Below are positions 38,180 to 39,880 of a stretch of DNA of 39,880 nt, piece after piece. Every line of letters begins with the position of its first letter. The first letter of the stretch is position 1. Location: positions 1 to 39,880 of the forward strand of contig JANLPS010000161.1 of the NCBI GenBank assembly GCA_031367385.1, in the 5' to 3' direction. The position numbers and the translations under genes were made by a program. This DNA is from Archangium sp. (GTDB lineage: Bacteria; Myxococcota; Myxococcia; Myxococcales; Myxococcaceae). The notes under the pieces are model-generated. The model searched no databases, was not told where the DNA came from, and was given only the letters and a program-made list of their open reading frames with translations.

Positions 38180-39625
38180 TTAGTACGTCGAACCGATCAA
38201 CCCGTAATTGACGCGCGCTTTTTTTCGAGCGTCTTTGCTGTAGGTGTTGATCTGCTCGTCGTCTCTGGCGCCCTGCATGCCGTCGAGCAGCGACTTCTGC
38301 TCTTTCAAGTCACCTTCGACAGCACCCTGGCCAGCCGACTGGGCCGCTTCTTCGAAGTAATCGGAGTTCTGGCGCATCAGCATCTCAGCCTTGCCCCGGT
38401 CGCCCCTCTTGAGCGCATCGACCGCGTTCTGGGTGTTGACGCCCGCCCTCGCGCGCGCAGCGAAGACCATCGCATCTTTGTCGCGGTTCGAGAGCACCAC
38501 CGACGGCTGGTCGCTCACCTGCGAGCGGAGCGCCGTCTGCGTCGTCACCGCGCGGCTGGCCAACACGTCGGTGTAATCGAGTGTGGTCTGGGTGATGTCG
38601 ATGGTCTGCCCGACGGTCGCTGCGTTGACGCGCAGCTGCATCACGACGCGCTCGACCTGGCCGGCCGCGAAGTCGGGCATCACGACCGAGACGATCTCAG
38701 CGCCCGCGCCGTCGCTCGAGCGCGAGGCGACCTTGTAGCCAAGCAGCTGCTCGAACTGCATGCCGGCGGGCACTTTGAAGGTGAGGGTGACTCCGCGAGC
38801 GACCTGGGTGGTCGCTGCGTTCAAGTCTTTCTGAAAGATGTTCGAGAGCTGCGCCGCGTCTTGAAGATACGCGTACGCGCCGCCGCCGATCTCAGCGAAG
38901 CCCGCCATCAGCTCTTCATTGAAGTCGGTGCCGACGCCGATGCTCGAGACCGAGATGCCGCTGCCGCGAATGCCTTGAACGACCCGGTTCAGCTCGCCGC
39001 TGTCGGTGATGCCCTCGGTCGGCTGCCCGTCGGAGATGAGGATCAACCGGTTCACGGTGAAGTCGCTCTTGCTCGCCAGCAACATCGCGCGGCCGGTGGT
39101 CAACCCCTCGGCGATGTTCGTGCCGCCGTCGTCCCAGATGCCGTCGATGTACTTGAGCAGCGTCGCCTTGTTCTGCGTCGTCGCCATCAACCCATCGAGC
39201 GACTTCACGTCACTGCCGTAGTGAATAATCGACAACCGGTCACTCGAGGTCAGCTGCGAGACCAGGTGCGCCGCGGCTTGCTTCGCCTGGGTCAGCTTGA
39301 AGCCCGACATCGACCCCGAACGGTCAATCACCAGCGCCAGGTTCACCGGCGCGCGCTGGGCCTGCGGCAGCGTCACGCCAGTCACGTCGGCCGTCACGAA
39401 GACATCGGAGGCACCCAGCCCGACGAACGGGTGCGAGACCCGGCTCGAGAGCGTCAGGCTCCCCGACGAGTTGACCGACGGCGGGGTGGCGACCACGGCA
39501 ACGGGTGCGACGGGGGTCGGTGCGGGTGTCGGGCCGCCTCCGAGATGGCCATGTGGGAGACCAGCCACGACCGCGACCAACGCCAAAACGCCTGCAATCG
39601 CGAGGAAAATGCCTGTTCGGTTCAC
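38180..39625 (-). CDS. von Willebrand factor A domain protein (YfbK-like), N-terminally anchored
   Basis: GAGGT SD with GTG start, TM anchor, P.NLALVIDRSGSM (MIDAS), GGTN, LISDG.PT.G and IGVG.DFNE.LM. Confidence 0.92.
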   Translation of the reverse strand: MNRTGIFLAIAGVLALVAVVAGLPHGHLGGGPTPAPTPVAPVAVVATPPSVNSSGSLTLSSRVSHPFVGLGASDVFVTADVTGVTLPQAQRAPVNLALVIDRSGSMSGFKLTQAKQAAAHLVSQLTSSDRLSIIHYGSDVKSLDGLMATTQNKATLLKYIDGIWDDGGTNIAEGLTTGRAMLLASKSDFTVNRLILISDGQPTEGITDSGELNRVVQGIRGSGISVSSIGVGTDFNEELMAGFAEIGGGAYAYLQDAAQLSNIFQKDLNAATTQVARGVTLTFKVPAGMQFEQLLGYKVASRSSDGAGAEIVSVVMPDFAAGQVERVVMQLRVNAATVGQTIDITQTTLDYTDVLASRAVTTQTALRSQVSDQPSVVLSNRDKDAMVFAARARAGVNTQNAVDALKRGDRGKAEMLMRQNSDYFEEAAQSAGQGAVEGDLKEQKSLLDGMQGARDDEQINTYSKDARKKARVNYGLIGSTY

Positions 39626-39746
39626 AAATCACCTCGAAAGAAATGGGAGCACGCATAGACGCGCGAGCAGCGTTGGCGATCTGTGCGAACGCTACGCCAA
39701 TTCAAATAGACACGCCTTCGGTGGGCGCGTTCCCGTGTGAGGCGAT

Positions 39747-39847
39747 GTAGGCGTGGTTCGTGGTTCGTGGTTCGACAGGCTCACCCAGAGGGGGGGTTCT
39801 GGGCGGGCGGGGGGGGGCCTCACACACAAGGTGAGCCGGTCGAAACC
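39747..39847. repeat. REP-like imperfect inverted repeat with a short (CGTGGTT)x3 tandem
   Basis: GGTTCGACAGGCTCACC (39769-39785) pairs with GGTGAGCCGGTCGAAACC (39830-39847) with 1 mismatch and 1 insertion. It is preceded by GTAG and three CGTGGTT units. Confidence 0.5.
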
Positions 39848-39880
39848 GCCGCCCACCCAACCAGCCCCGCTGAAGGCACC

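Noticed and set aside
39788..39820. G-run cluster as a functional G-quadruplex
   Set aside because: It lies at the very end of the sequence in low-complexity DNA that may be an assembly artefact, with no supporting context.

Overview
High-GC bacterial DNA, probably a myxobacterium (Myxococcota). This is inferred from a TIGR02266-type PilZ gene, FHA-TPR and cNMP-TPR proteins, and Cys-rich lipoproteins. Most of the window is chromosomal backbone: smc, an HtrA/DegP protease, large surface lipoproteins, a sigma54 response regulator, a tldD-tldE-ParB/Srx-like operon, a LysR-linked redox/detox cluster with an internally duplicated oxidoreductase, a yfcF-like GST, PilZ/DUF192 and a vWA operon. The most unusual part is the first ~520 nt, the 5' end of a tightly packed minus-strand array of atypical tRNAs: Trp-CCA, degenerate Lys-CTT, Lys-TTT, Gly-TCC and a truncated probable Gln. 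It is preceded by an 11-codon leader ORF plus mutually exclusive antiterminator/terminator hairpins, which suggests ribosome-coupled attenuation of a stress tRNA operon. It also contains an internal SD-ATG whose frame reads through the downstream tRNAs. Other notable items are a 53-aa micro-ORF behind a near-consensus sigma54 promoter, a 46-bp perfect palindrome and a REP-like inverted repeat at the right edge. All calls were made by eye; no searches were run.
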